Shown: piece by piece, positions 26,649 to 35,205 of the stretch | Position numbering within the stretch: the first letter of the stretch is position 1 | Layout: every line of letters starts with the position of its first letter | NCBI GenBank assembly: GCA_045635905.1 | Contig: JAZTWN010000055.1 | Coordinates: 1,894-65,893 of the forward strand | DNA length: 64,000 bases | Origin: Acutalibacteraceae bacterium | GTDB taxonomy: Bacteria; Bacillota; Clostridia; Oscillospirales; Acutalibacteraceae | Direction: 5' to 3' | The notes under the pieces: model-generated | Database searches by the model: none | Seen by the model: the letters and a program-made list of their open reading frames with translations, nothing else | What the model was told of the DNA's origin: nothing | Position numbers and translations under genes: made by a program

Positions 26649-29600
26649 AAACTACAAAAAAACTTCTGGCATTTATGCTTTCTGCATTGATGATTTTCTC
26701 CGTGGCTATCGTCCCCGGAGCAGACCTTTCAATGTTTGCAGTTGAAGCAGATGCAGCAATTACCCTCGGCGGTATAACACAGCAGAGAGTTGTTTCAAAT
26801 TATGAAAGCATCTACAGATCATACCAGGAAAGATTTTTTATGGGTGCAGAATCAAACGAACCCACAAATTTTGTTATTCCCGGTCTTTCATCAAGTAACG
26901 ACTATACTCCTCAGGGTATGACGTACTGGGAGGAAAAAGAATGGATTCTTATATCTGCATACGATGCAAGCGGAAGCGGTAAGCACTCCGTTATTTATGC
27001 TCTCGACGCAGTTACAACAGATTTCGTTGCTCTTTTCAAGATTCTCAACGCTGACGGCAGTGTAAACACAAGCCACGGCGGCGGTATTGCTGCATCAAAA
27101 TACAATTTCTACTATGCAGATACAGGCTCAAATATAAGTTATATTCCCCTTTCAGAAATGGACGTTGCAAAGGGCACTGTAAAGGAAATTAAACTCCGCG
27201 GCAGCATTAACTGCAGTGGTGAGCTTGGCGGCGCTGCAACATCATACTGTTGCTATGAAGACGGTGTTCTCTGGGCAGGTAACTTCTACTACAACGAAGA
27301 TGACCGTTATGCTACAAGTGCTCATTCTGCAGCAAACAGTATGATTGTGGGGTATGAGCTTCACGGTAATTCCTCTGCAGAAGAGTGGTATTATCTTTCA
27401 ACCAACTATAACGTTATCAATCTTAATATTGACTCATCTACTCAGCAGACATGGACCAACAATAGCGGTGTATCAATGAATTTTACCACAATGAATACAA
27501 ACGGTGCTAACGTTGAAATCAGAGGTACAATCACAAACACCACCGGCAACACATTTGGCGAAGTTACCCAGAATTTCTGTTCCTTCAAGCTTACTGAAGG
27601 TGTAAAATATAAGCTTGAATTCATAACCGATAACTATCAGATGAGCGACCTTTATATGTTTGCTCCAAACGGTACTCACTGTGACGTAAAGCTTGCTCAA
27701 AGCACAACAATTACAGACCTCGGAAACGGTAAATATCACTATCAGATGATTTTTACCGCAGGTCTCAAGCCCAATGGTGCCGACAGCTCATGGCCCACTA
27801 CACAGAGCACAAACGGCAGCTATACCGGTACATATACAATGCGTTTCGACCAGGATAGTGTAGCTGCAGGCGAGCGCAAATTTAATATGACTGACATTTC
27901 AATTTCGAAATTCGCTGAAGCTTCAGGCTTCACTCCTGATTCAAACTACGAAGGTGTAGGTTGCGCTGGTAATCCCACCTATGTTATCTTATTCCCCGGC
28001 ATAGATAAAATTCAGTATGCAATGGTTTTCAAGGGCAAGATCTATATCAGCCGTTCCTGGAAGCGCACATCAGGCACTAACCATACAAGAGAGCTTATGA
28101 TCGGTGATATTGATATATATTCGCCCGGAGCAGAAAGCTATTCAATCAACGGAAGAACACGTCCCTGCACTGTTCTTAACGTCAATAATATGACCCGTTT
28201 CGGCGGCGACAACGGCGCATCAAATCTTAACCAGATGTTCTATATGGGCGAGGCTCTTTGCGTTATAGAAGACTATCTTTACATGTTCGGCGAAGGCGCA
28301 GCATGGGCTTACAACGGCAAGGAAAGTAACAACAAGTGTGATGAGCCCATTGACGTAATCTGGAAAATTGACCAGCATTTTCTTTTGGACGAGAAGCGTC
28401 TTATTGAAGATACAAAAGCCATTTACTATGAAAAGGTTACAGATATATCAGGTATCAATTCAGAAGACGAATATATCATTGTTCATAAATCCCCTGAAAA
28501 GGATCCCATAACACAGAAAAACATTTTGTATGCAATTGATGCATTCGGCGGTTATGGTGGACACAAGCTTCCCAAGCAGGATGCAGGCTCTCAGCCAAAC
28601 ACCGGTGACTCTATGGGTATCGTTGGCTATCCTATAACCAACTACTCTATCGACGAAGAAAATGAAAATATCATTTATCTTTCAGAAGAGGATGCATCAA
28701 AGCTTTCCATACGTTGGGAAATCGAGCCCTCAAATGCAACACACGATAAAGCACAGGTAAAGATCACAAACAAGGACCTTTATTATTCCACCAATGAATA
28801 TCTCTATTTCGGAAGCCGTCTTTTTGCAATGACAACCACAGCAAGAAAAAACCTTGACAGAATATATCTTGAAGAATTTGCAGCAAGTGAAGGTAATTTT
28901 GTTCTTTACTATTTAGGCGGCACAACTGAAGAGGCAAAACCATATTATCTCTGGTGTAATGACGGACGCGATCAGGATTTTATTGCCGCATATACAGAAT
29001 ATTATTCCAATCACGGCAAAACCGGCTATGTGCCTAAATATCACGGTCTTGAAGAGGTTCCCGGCACCTTCCACAGTGACGCATTCCACTATCAGACTGA
29101 CCAAAATACCGGAACATTAATAGGCTCAGTTACTGATGTTGAAATGGGCTCAATAAGTATTTATAAGCGTGTAAATGATGAGTATTCAACAACATCCGGC
29201 AGTCGAGTTTATACTGATATGTTTGCTGAGCTTCAGGCAGACGGAACATACACAATTGACATTGAATCCTATGCAATCAGTAACCTTCAGTACCAGAAGG
29301 TTAACGAAAGACCTACCGACTTTATTTTTGTTCTTGACGCATCAGGCTCTATGACCAACAACACTGATGCACGTGGATACCACACAGAAATAAACAATTG
29401 GTCAGCTCTGAAAATGAAACAAGCAGCTAATAGCAACGATATTTCAGAAAACGGCAACTACAACAGGGAATGGACAAGTAATTTCTATTACAAATTACCC
29501 GATGGTGAATTTGCCCGTATTTCTGTTGCTGTCAATAAAGGTTCAGACGGAACTTACTCAAGAGATATCTGGCTTTGGTGTAAGCATCCCGTAACAGGCA

Positions 29601-32600
29601 GATGCTATAAAATCTCTCAGAATGGATACCTTGTTGTGAACAACTGTACCGGAAATCCTTCAACAGACAGTTCAAGTAGACTTACAGAGGCAATGTATCT
29701 TGCGAACCCATCTGCTTATGGCTATGCAAGTTCATCAGAAATCCTTGCAGAGGCCTCATCTGATAAAAACAGAACGGACTATCATAGTTCAAGAAACTCC
29801 CAAGATAAAAGACGTGACTATGAGGTTTTAAACTACAAGTATACTGATGGCTACGGTTTTACAAGAGCAACATATTACTCTTATGGTGAGTGCTACAGAC
29901 TCTTAGCTATGCAGCAGGCTGTTGAAAAACTTACCTACAAAATTGAAAATGAAGTTAAAAACACCGGTTTGCAACACAGAATAGCTATCGTACAGTTTGG
30001 TTCAGATGGAAATGAAAGCTATAGCAATACCGGCATGTACAAAAACACAAGCACGGCAATGGTTCAGTACAGTAAAGAAAATCCAATTTCCGCGACAAAT
30101 TATCAAAATGCATTCTTTACATCAAGTCAATTTGCAACTGTAAGAAGCATCATCAATAATATTAAGACATGGGACAGAGACCATGACACTTATTCAAACT
30201 TTGGATTTGAAATGGCAAATAATATTGTAAAAAATTCTGATGCTGACTATCTTGCAGACGGCAATAGAAGTGCTTGTATCATTATGATCACAGACGGTGT
30301 TCCTGGTCTTGGCAATAATAACCCAAGCTCAGCAATAAGTACAGCAAATGCAGCAATAGATATGTCCCATCAGTCAAAAGAAAGTGGCGCATACGTTTAT
30401 AGTGTTCTTATGGGTAGTGACTCCTGTTCCGGTTTCAGCATGGATAACTATATGGACTATGTTTCCTCTGAATTCATTGACTCAACAAGCCTTTCTTCTT
30501 CAGGTGACAGAAACGTTGCTGACATCGATTATCGAATTAACGTTCCCACCGGCAGCACCTTCAATATCACAAATCTCGTTAATGATATGTTCAATTCAAT
30601 CACAAAGAACAGCACTAATGCTATGGTAAGGCTTACTGCTGATTCCGTGCTTCGTGAACACGTTACTGATGCCTTTGATATCAGCAATGCAACAATAGAG
30701 GCTTATACAGCAGATTGCGAATATGACGGCATCGGAAGACTCGGATTTGCACAAGAAACCCTTGACTCATCTATAACCGTACTTACAGATGAATTAGACG
30801 TTAATATAGTTAAATCGACCGGATTTGACTATACAGAAAAGTATATCAGCAAAAATCACCCGGGCAAAAAGCTCATCATAAGACTTACCGGTGTTGAAGC
30901 AAATGAAAACGCTGAGCTTCTTAATACATCCATCAACGAGCACGACACAACTGCCATCTATGAAAACATTTCAAATATGACAGCCAACAAACCGTTTAAG
31001 AAGTTCCCGACGGAAAGCTTTACTATTCCCGAGTATACGTACGTGCTCGACTACGGAATTAATATGTATGACTCTGATATCAACGGTACTCTCGTTTCCG
31101 TTGACAGTGAGCCGAGAAAGCAGAATTCTTATTCAACCGTACTTGATACCGACAACATCGGAATTACATTTACAAATGCTCAGCAGGATATGCTTTATTC
31201 ACTCAAGCCTCAATCTGACGGTGCTGAAGAAGATTCAAGAGGCTACTGTCTGATTCAGCGTGATAACGGAACATACGACTGGTTCAGAATCAACATTCTT
31301 CCTGCATCAAACGTTTACTTTGAAGAATTCACCGGAACAAAGCAGACAACAACAGAAAATGCAAATTATGCTAATTGGCACCAGGATGGAACCAAAGAAA
31401 GCTTCACTCAGAATCTTACCAATGAAAATGATGTATACGGCTTTGACAAGGAATATTCAAAAAGCACTTCTGCTTTTTCGTATGGTTCTGCATACAAGGC
31501 TGAGGTAAATTCTGACATTATAAGAAGTGAAACTATTTCCTTCAGCTACACAGGCACAGCAGTAGATATCGTTGCTTCCTGCGGCAGCAAAACCGGTATT
31601 TATATCGTAACAATTAAAAACAGTAATGGTGTTGAAAAAGCATACATTGTTGACACATACTTTACCGACAACGGATATCTCAGCAGCACAAATCAGCTTA
31701 ATCAGGTACCCATTGTTCACCATGAAAATTCAGGCGGCTACGACACATACACTGTTGAGGTCACATCAGTTTACCTTGCATACATTGTAGGTGGAAGAAG
31801 CTCAACATATGCACTGGACCGTTTCGGCAACGAGAATGTTTCTTTCTTCTCAACAGACATTTCCGATGAAGCAAAGGAAGCAGTTCTTTCATTTGCAGAT
31901 ATGGATTACCTTCTTGACGAAAACGTTGAGGTTATCTTCTGCGACGAAAATTCAATCTTCAACGGCGGTACAGGTGCTGAAGGCACAAATGGCGGAATGT
32001 CAACATTTGCACTTGGCTCATCAAGCACAGAAACATCAACAGGTCTTGTAAACTATTTTGACGGTTACAGAATATATAATCCTCTCGGTGATAACGAAGG
32101 CGAATATCCTCAGTCAGAACAGGGGTCTGTGTATTACAACATTATAAATTCGCTCGCAACACCAGATTCAATACTTAACGGAACCAGTGATAAGTTTGTC
32201 GGATACATTGTCGGTTCCGGCAGCACTAACGAAATAAGCTTTTCTGACTACGAAAGCAAGGGTCCTGCTAATGAGGTTTATCTCACAAAAGGCAACGCTA
32301 TTGCTTTCACCGCACCTGAAGGCTATGAAAGAGTTATGGTAAGCCTTCGAGCAGTCAACGGTGCAACAAAAGCAAAAATCGGTAGCAAGGAATTTACAGT
32401 AAGCAGCACAACTGAAATGTATTATGATATTACTCCTTACATTGAGGATAACACCGTAGCAATTCTTAATAGCGGCTCAGGCATACTTGCAGTAAATAAC
32501 ATCAAGCTTGTCAGCGGTCACGTAGTTGAACCTATGGCAGTATTCAACATGTCCAGAATCAGAATGATGATGGCTGCACCTGCAACAGAGGTTGAACCCA

Positions 32601-32815
32601 ATGTTCCCGAGGAAACAACAAACGAAAATATTTCCTGGCCCGAGGTTGATCCCGTTCCCGAAGGCACTGCTCCGGAAGATGACGGTGTTGAAGATAATGT
32701 ATCAGAAGATACAGATTCAACAGATGGCATTATCGATACACTCAAGTCAGTGCTCAATAAGATTATTGCATTCTTTAACAAGGTATTTACCTTGTTAAAA
32801 TCACTTGCTGCGTAA
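26645..32815 (+). CDS. Giant (2,056 aa) secreted protein with a vWA/MIDAS domain and a C-terminal acidic linker plus amphipathic helix
   Basis: Signal peptide MKTTKKLLAFMLSALMIFSVAIVPG...AVEADA. vWA MIDAS DFIFVLDASGSM (from 29318) with RIAIVQFGS and IIMITDGVPG strands. GGAGG RBS 9 nt upstream, and an ATGA overlap with the rSAM stop. The rest of the protein has no motif I recognise. Confidence 0.8.
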   Translation: MKTTKKLLAFMLSALMIFSVAIVPGADLSMFAVEADAAITLGGITQQRVVSNYESIYRSYQERFFMGAESNEPTNFVIPGLSSSNDYTPQGMTYWEEKEWILISAYDASGSGKHSVIYALDAVTTDFVALFKILNADGSVNTSHGGGIAASKYNFYYADTGSNISYIPLSEMDVAKGTVKEIKLRGSINCSGELGGAATSYCCYEDGVLWAGNFYYNEDDRYATSAHSAANSMIVGYELHGNSSAEEWYYLSTNYNVINLNIDSSTQQTWTNNSGVSMNFTTMNTNGANVEIRGTITNTTGNTFGEVTQNFCSFKLTEGVKYKLEFITDNYQMSDLYMFAPNGTHCDVKLAQSTTITDLGNGKYHYQMIFTAGLKPNGADSSWPTTQSTNGSYTGTYTMRFDQDSVAAGERKFNMTDISISKFAEASGFTPDSNYEGVGCAGNPTYVILFPGIDKIQYAMVFKGKIYISRSWKRTSGTNHTRELMIGDIDIYSPGAESYSINGRTRPCTVLNVNNMTRFGGDNGASNLNQMFYMGEALCVIEDYLYMFGEGAAWAYNGKESNNKCDEPIDVIWKIDQHFLLDEKRLIEDTKAIYYEKVTDISGINSEDEYIIVHKSPEKDPITQKNILYAIDAFGGYGGHKLPKQDAGSQPNTGDSMGIVGYPITNYSIDEENENIIYLSEEDASKLSIRWEIEPSNATHDKAQVKITNKDLYYSTNEYLYFGSRLFAMTTTARKNLDRIYLEEFAASEGNFVLYYLGGTTEEAKPYYLWCNDGRDQDFIAAYTEYYSNHGKTGYVPKYHGLEEVPGTFHSDAFHYQTDQNTGTLIGSVTDVEMGSISIYKRVNDEYSTTSGSRVYTDMFAELQADGTYTIDIESYAISNLQYQKVNERPTDFIFVLDASGSMTNNTDARGYHTEINNWSALKMKQAANSNDISENGNYNREWTSNFYYKLPDGEFARISVAVNKGSDGTYSRDIWLWCKHPVTGRCYKISQNGYLVVNNCTGNPSTDSSSRLTEAMYLANPSAYGYASSSEILAEASSDKNRTDYHSSRNSQDKRRDYEVLNYKYTDGYGFTRATYYSYGECYRLLAMQQAVEKLTYKIENEVKNTGLQHRIAIVQFGSDGNESYSNTGMYKNTSTAMVQYSKENPISATNYQNAFFTSSQFATVRSIINNIKTWDRDHDTYSNFGFEMANNIVKNSDADYLADGNRSACIIMITDGVPGLGNNNPSSAISTANAAIDMSHQSKESGAYVYSVLMGSDSCSGFSMDNYMDYVSSEFIDSTSLSSSGDRNVADIDYRINVPTGSTFNITNLVNDMFNSITKNSTNAMVRLTADSVLREHVTDAFDISNATIEAYTADCEYDGIGRLGFAQETLDSSITVLTDELDVNIVKSTGFDYTEKYISKNHPGKKLIIRLTGVEANENAELLNTSINEHDTTAIYENISNMTANKPFKKFPTESFTIPEYTYVLDYGINMYDSDINGTLVSVDSEPRKQNSYSTVLDTDNIGITFTNAQQDMLYSLKPQSDGAEEDSRGYCLIQRDNGTYDWFRINILPASNVYFEEFTGTKQTTTENANYANWHQDGTKESFTQNLTNENDVYGFDKEYSKSTSAFSYGSAYKAEVNSDIIRSETISFSYTGTAVDIVASCGSKTGIYIVTIKNSNGVEKAYIVDTYFTDNGYLSSTNQLNQVPIVHHENSGGYDTYTVEVTSVYLAYIVGGRSSTYALDRFGNENVSFFSTDISDEAKEAVLSFADMDYLLDENVEVIFCDENSIFNGGTGAEGTNGGMSTFALGSSSTETSTGLVNYFDGYRIYNPLGDNEGEYPQSEQGSVYYNIINSLATPDSILNGTSDKFVGYIVGSGSTNEISFSDYESKGPANEVYLTKGNAIAFTAPEGYERVMVSLRAVNGATKAKIGSKEFTVSSTTEMYYDITPYIEDNTVAILNSGSGILAVNNIKLVSGHVVEPMAVFNMSRIRMMMAAPATEVEPNVPEETTNENISWPEVDPVPEGTAPEDDGVEDNVSEDTDSTDGIIDTLKSVLNKIIAFFNKVFTLLKSLAA

Positions 32816-32827
32816 GGAGGTATAAGT

Positions 32828-33061
32828 ATGAAAACATATCAGAAGCCTACAATTATGCTGTCATCAACAGCATCTACAGCAAGTACTTTAGGAAGCTGCA
32901 TGGAAAAGGTTGATGCAGAGCTTATTCAGCAGATTACCGGCCTTCCTATCACTAACGATTCTTTTGGCATGAATGAAGCATGCAAGAAACCTGTACCGAT
33001 TGAGTTTTATTGCAAATTCACATCTGGTGAATTAGGTGCTCTTCAGGCATTCATTTCCTAA
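32828..33061 (+). CDS. 77-aa cytoplasmic Cys-containing small protein, candidate rSAM/PqqD substrate (RiPP-precursor-like)
   Basis: AAGGAGG lies exactly 7 nt before the ATG, and a terminator follows immediately. It has no signal peptide or TM helix. Cys at positions 24, 52 and 62, an S/T-rich stretch at 12-23, and a C-terminal Ser. It is the last gene of the rSAM operon. Confidence 0.6.
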   Translation: MKTYQKPTIMLSSTASTASTLGSCMEKVDAELIQQITGLPITNDSFGMNEACKKPVPIEFYCKFTSGELGALQAFIS

Positions 33062-33078
33062 AAAATCAAACAAAAAAA

Positions 33079-33110
33079 GCAGAGGGGCAAATGCTCCTCT
33101 GTTTTGTTTT
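33079..33110 (+). terminator. Rho-independent terminator of the rSAM/giant/peptide operon
   Basis: GCAGAGGGG-CAAAT-GCTCCTCTG hairpin followed by TTTTGTTTT. Confidence 0.7.
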
Positions 33111-33113
33111 ATG

Positions 33114-33150
33114 CAAAAAAATCGGAGGGGTTTGAGCCCTCCGTTTTTTA
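33114..33150. terminator. Bidirectional rho-independent terminator (ends the TraX operon on the minus strand)
   Basis: AAAAAAAT-CGGAGGG-GTTTGAG-CCCTCCG-TTTTTTA: a 7-bp GC-rich stem flanked by an A-tract and a T-tract. It sits 2 nt from the TraX stop codon. Confidence 0.7.
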
Positions 33151-33151
33151 T

Positions 33152-33835
33152 TCAGAAAAACAGGATTTTTATAAGATAAATCACTGCAAGATGCAAGGGA
33201 TAGAAAACGTAGAAAAGATATTTCAGCTTCAGCCTTCCTCGTTTTCCGTTATACAGAGCAATCGGCACAAGGGAAAGCAGAGAATACCACTGTATGCCGC
33301 CAAGGTCAATGGAAAGAAATACAAGCATAACAAAGGCTGCAACAAGCTTTAACGGCTTTTTCGGTGCAAAATATACTATTACAGGCAACAAAAGGCCCGA
33401 AAAACCGTAATCAATCTGAAAGCCCTTTACAAGCACCGGCATTCCCAGACATAGAAAAATTACCGCTGACGCATCAATTGCCACAAGCAGTGCGGATGAA
33501 AGATTTTTCTTTTTAATGAAATTATCTATTGCAAAAATCGTCAGAATAGAAAGAGAAAAGGTCACAAGCACATTCTGATAATATGATTTTTCCGCAATAA
33601 AATATACGAGCTGACAGCCCACTGCAAGACCTGCAATTTTCAGGAAATATTGCCGTTTTTTACGGGTATAAAAGCAGCCCTCGGCAATCATAAAAGCAAA
33701 TATGGGGAAAGCAAGTCTGCCGAAAATCTGAAGAAATTCAAGCTGCGGAAAAAGCTCCTTGCCAACGTGGTCGGCAAGCATTGAAAGCACCGCAAGAATT
33801 TTAAGCTGATTGTTTGAAAGTCTTAAATATTTCAT
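33152..33835 (-). CDS. TraX-family integral membrane protein (putative acyl/acetyltransferase)
   Basis: MKYLRLSNNQLKILAVLSMLADHVGK... is the typical TraX N-terminus (LKxxAxxxMxxDH). 227 aa with about 7 hydrophobic helices. ATGA overlap with the upstream gene. Confidence 0.75.
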   Translation of the reverse strand: MKYLRLSNNQLKILAVLSMLADHVGKELFPQLEFLQIFGRLAFPIFAFMIAEGCFYTRKKRQYFLKIAGLAVGCQLVYFIAEKSYYQNVLVTFSLSILTIFAIDNFIKKKNLSSALLVAIDASAVIFLCLGMPVLVKGFQIDYGFSGLLLPVIVYFAPKKPLKLVAAFVMLVFLSIDLGGIQWYSLLSLVPIALYNGKRGRLKLKYLFYVFYPLHLAVIYLIKILFF

Positions 33836-35193
33836 AGTGATTTTATGTTATTTTCAAATTCTGCGAAGAACTTTTCAAGAATAGCGCTGTCATTTTCGTT
33901 GCCGCGTACACATATTGACGCTGAAAGTGCGCCGCCGATTGAAAGGGCGGTCATAACTGCACAGGGCTTGTTTTTTGCCGCTCCTGCAGTAAAGGCGTCA
34001 AAGGGACCCGATTGCCCCAGCACAAAGTCTGCAGGCTCAAGTTTTCCAACGTTGCTGACAGACATCTGAGGGTTATTGTAAAAAAGCTTTACAAGGCTCT
34101 CTGCCTGAATATACGTCATCGCTTTGTATGCAAAATTCAGAAGCGGCAGCCCGTGAAGACCTAAAAACTCGTCATTCTTAAGCGCCTTCATTGCATCACG
34201 CACAAGAAGCAGAGTTTCCTTAAGGTCACTCCCCTTCTTATCAAGCACACAATACATAAACGACACGTGATTCGTATAGCCTATGGTTGACAAATCCTTG
34301 ATATGACGTCTGAGGTCAGTAGCACAGGCAACACTTAAACGGTCAGTTGTCCTCACGTCTGCAATTTTACCAAACGCATCAATATAGGAGGCAATCAGCA
34401 GGTCCGTCACCGTTGCACCTACCGATTTTGCATATAAGCAGGCTCGTGAAAAGGAATCCGCATCAACACGGCAGGAGGAAATTACTACCTTTTCCTCACC
34501 GTTTACGGGGGTAAACGGGAATTTTATCTTTGAACGGGGTGAGGCATTGGCTATCTGCATTTTAGCCTTTTTTGCAGTCTTTTTATCAAAGCCCTTATAC
34601 ACCTCGGAATATTTACGGGAGCCGACAGAGAAATTTACGGGAGAAATACCGCAAAGAAGAAAATCCGTGTAATTTTTACAGAAATCACTCCAGAACATTT
34701 TAAATCCGCCACCGTCAAAGCACATATGATTCCATATAAAAAGCACGTAGGTTCTGCCCTCGTAAAAGTAAACACCTATATTCATCTGAACGTTACTTTT
34801 CAAGGGAATTTCACGCGAGAAGAACTCTTCCTTAGCCTTTTTTATATCATCCACCTGACGGATATCGAGAAAATCCGTTATAGCATAATCGGCAACCTTC
34901 CAATAGGGTGCAACAGGGTTATTTATAACCTCAGAGCGCAGAATTGTTACGGTTTCAAGGCAACAAACAGCAACAGTCTTAAAGGCTTCGGTATCAACAA
35001 TAAAATCGTAATCCATTTCAAAGCGCGCAAGACGGTCCATATAATTTCTGCACATAAGGTTTACCTTGTCGTACATTTCAGTGGGAAGCATACGCTTTCC
35101 GGTAACGGGATGTGCATTACGATATGCCTGCAGGTCTGCAATCACCTTTTCGGAGGTTATCCCCTTACTGCGGATATATTCATTATAATCCAT
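33832..35193 (-). CDS. Stand-alone condensation-domain-like acyltransferase (HxxxDG active-site motif)
   Basis: IWNHMCFDGGGFKMFW contains HxxxDG, as in NRPS C-domains / PapA5 / WS-DGAT. The 453-aa size fits a two-lobed CAT-like fold. RBS GGTGA 6 nt upstream. Confidence 0.6.
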   Translation of the reverse strand: MDYNEYIRSKGITSEKVIADLQAYRNAHPVTGKRMLPTEMYDKVNLMCRNYMDRLARFEMDYDFIVDTEAFKTVAVCCLETVTILRSEVINNPVAPYWKVADYAITDFLDIRQVDDIKKAKEEFFSREIPLKSNVQMNIGVYFYEGRTYVLFIWNHMCFDGGGFKMFWSDFCKNYTDFLLCGISPVNFSVGSRKYSEVYKGFDKKTAKKAKMQIANASPRSKIKFPFTPVNGEEKVVISSCRVDADSFSRACLYAKSVGATVTDLLIASYIDAFGKIADVRTTDRLSVACATDLRRHIKDLSTIGYTNHVSFMYCVLDKKGSDLKETLLLVRDAMKALKNDEFLGLHGLPLLNFAYKAMTYIQAESLVKLFYNNPQMSVSNVGKLEPADFVLGQSGPFDAFTAGAAKNKPCAVMTALSIGGALSASICVRGNENDSAILEKFFAEFENNIKSL

Positions 35194-35205
35194 ACAAATT
35201 CACCG

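Noticed and set aside
33104-33352. An 82-aa plus-strand ORF starting inside the terminator region and running antisense into traX.
   Set aside because: It begins within the two terminator hairpins, has no RBS, and overlaps the well-supported TraX gene on the opposite strand.
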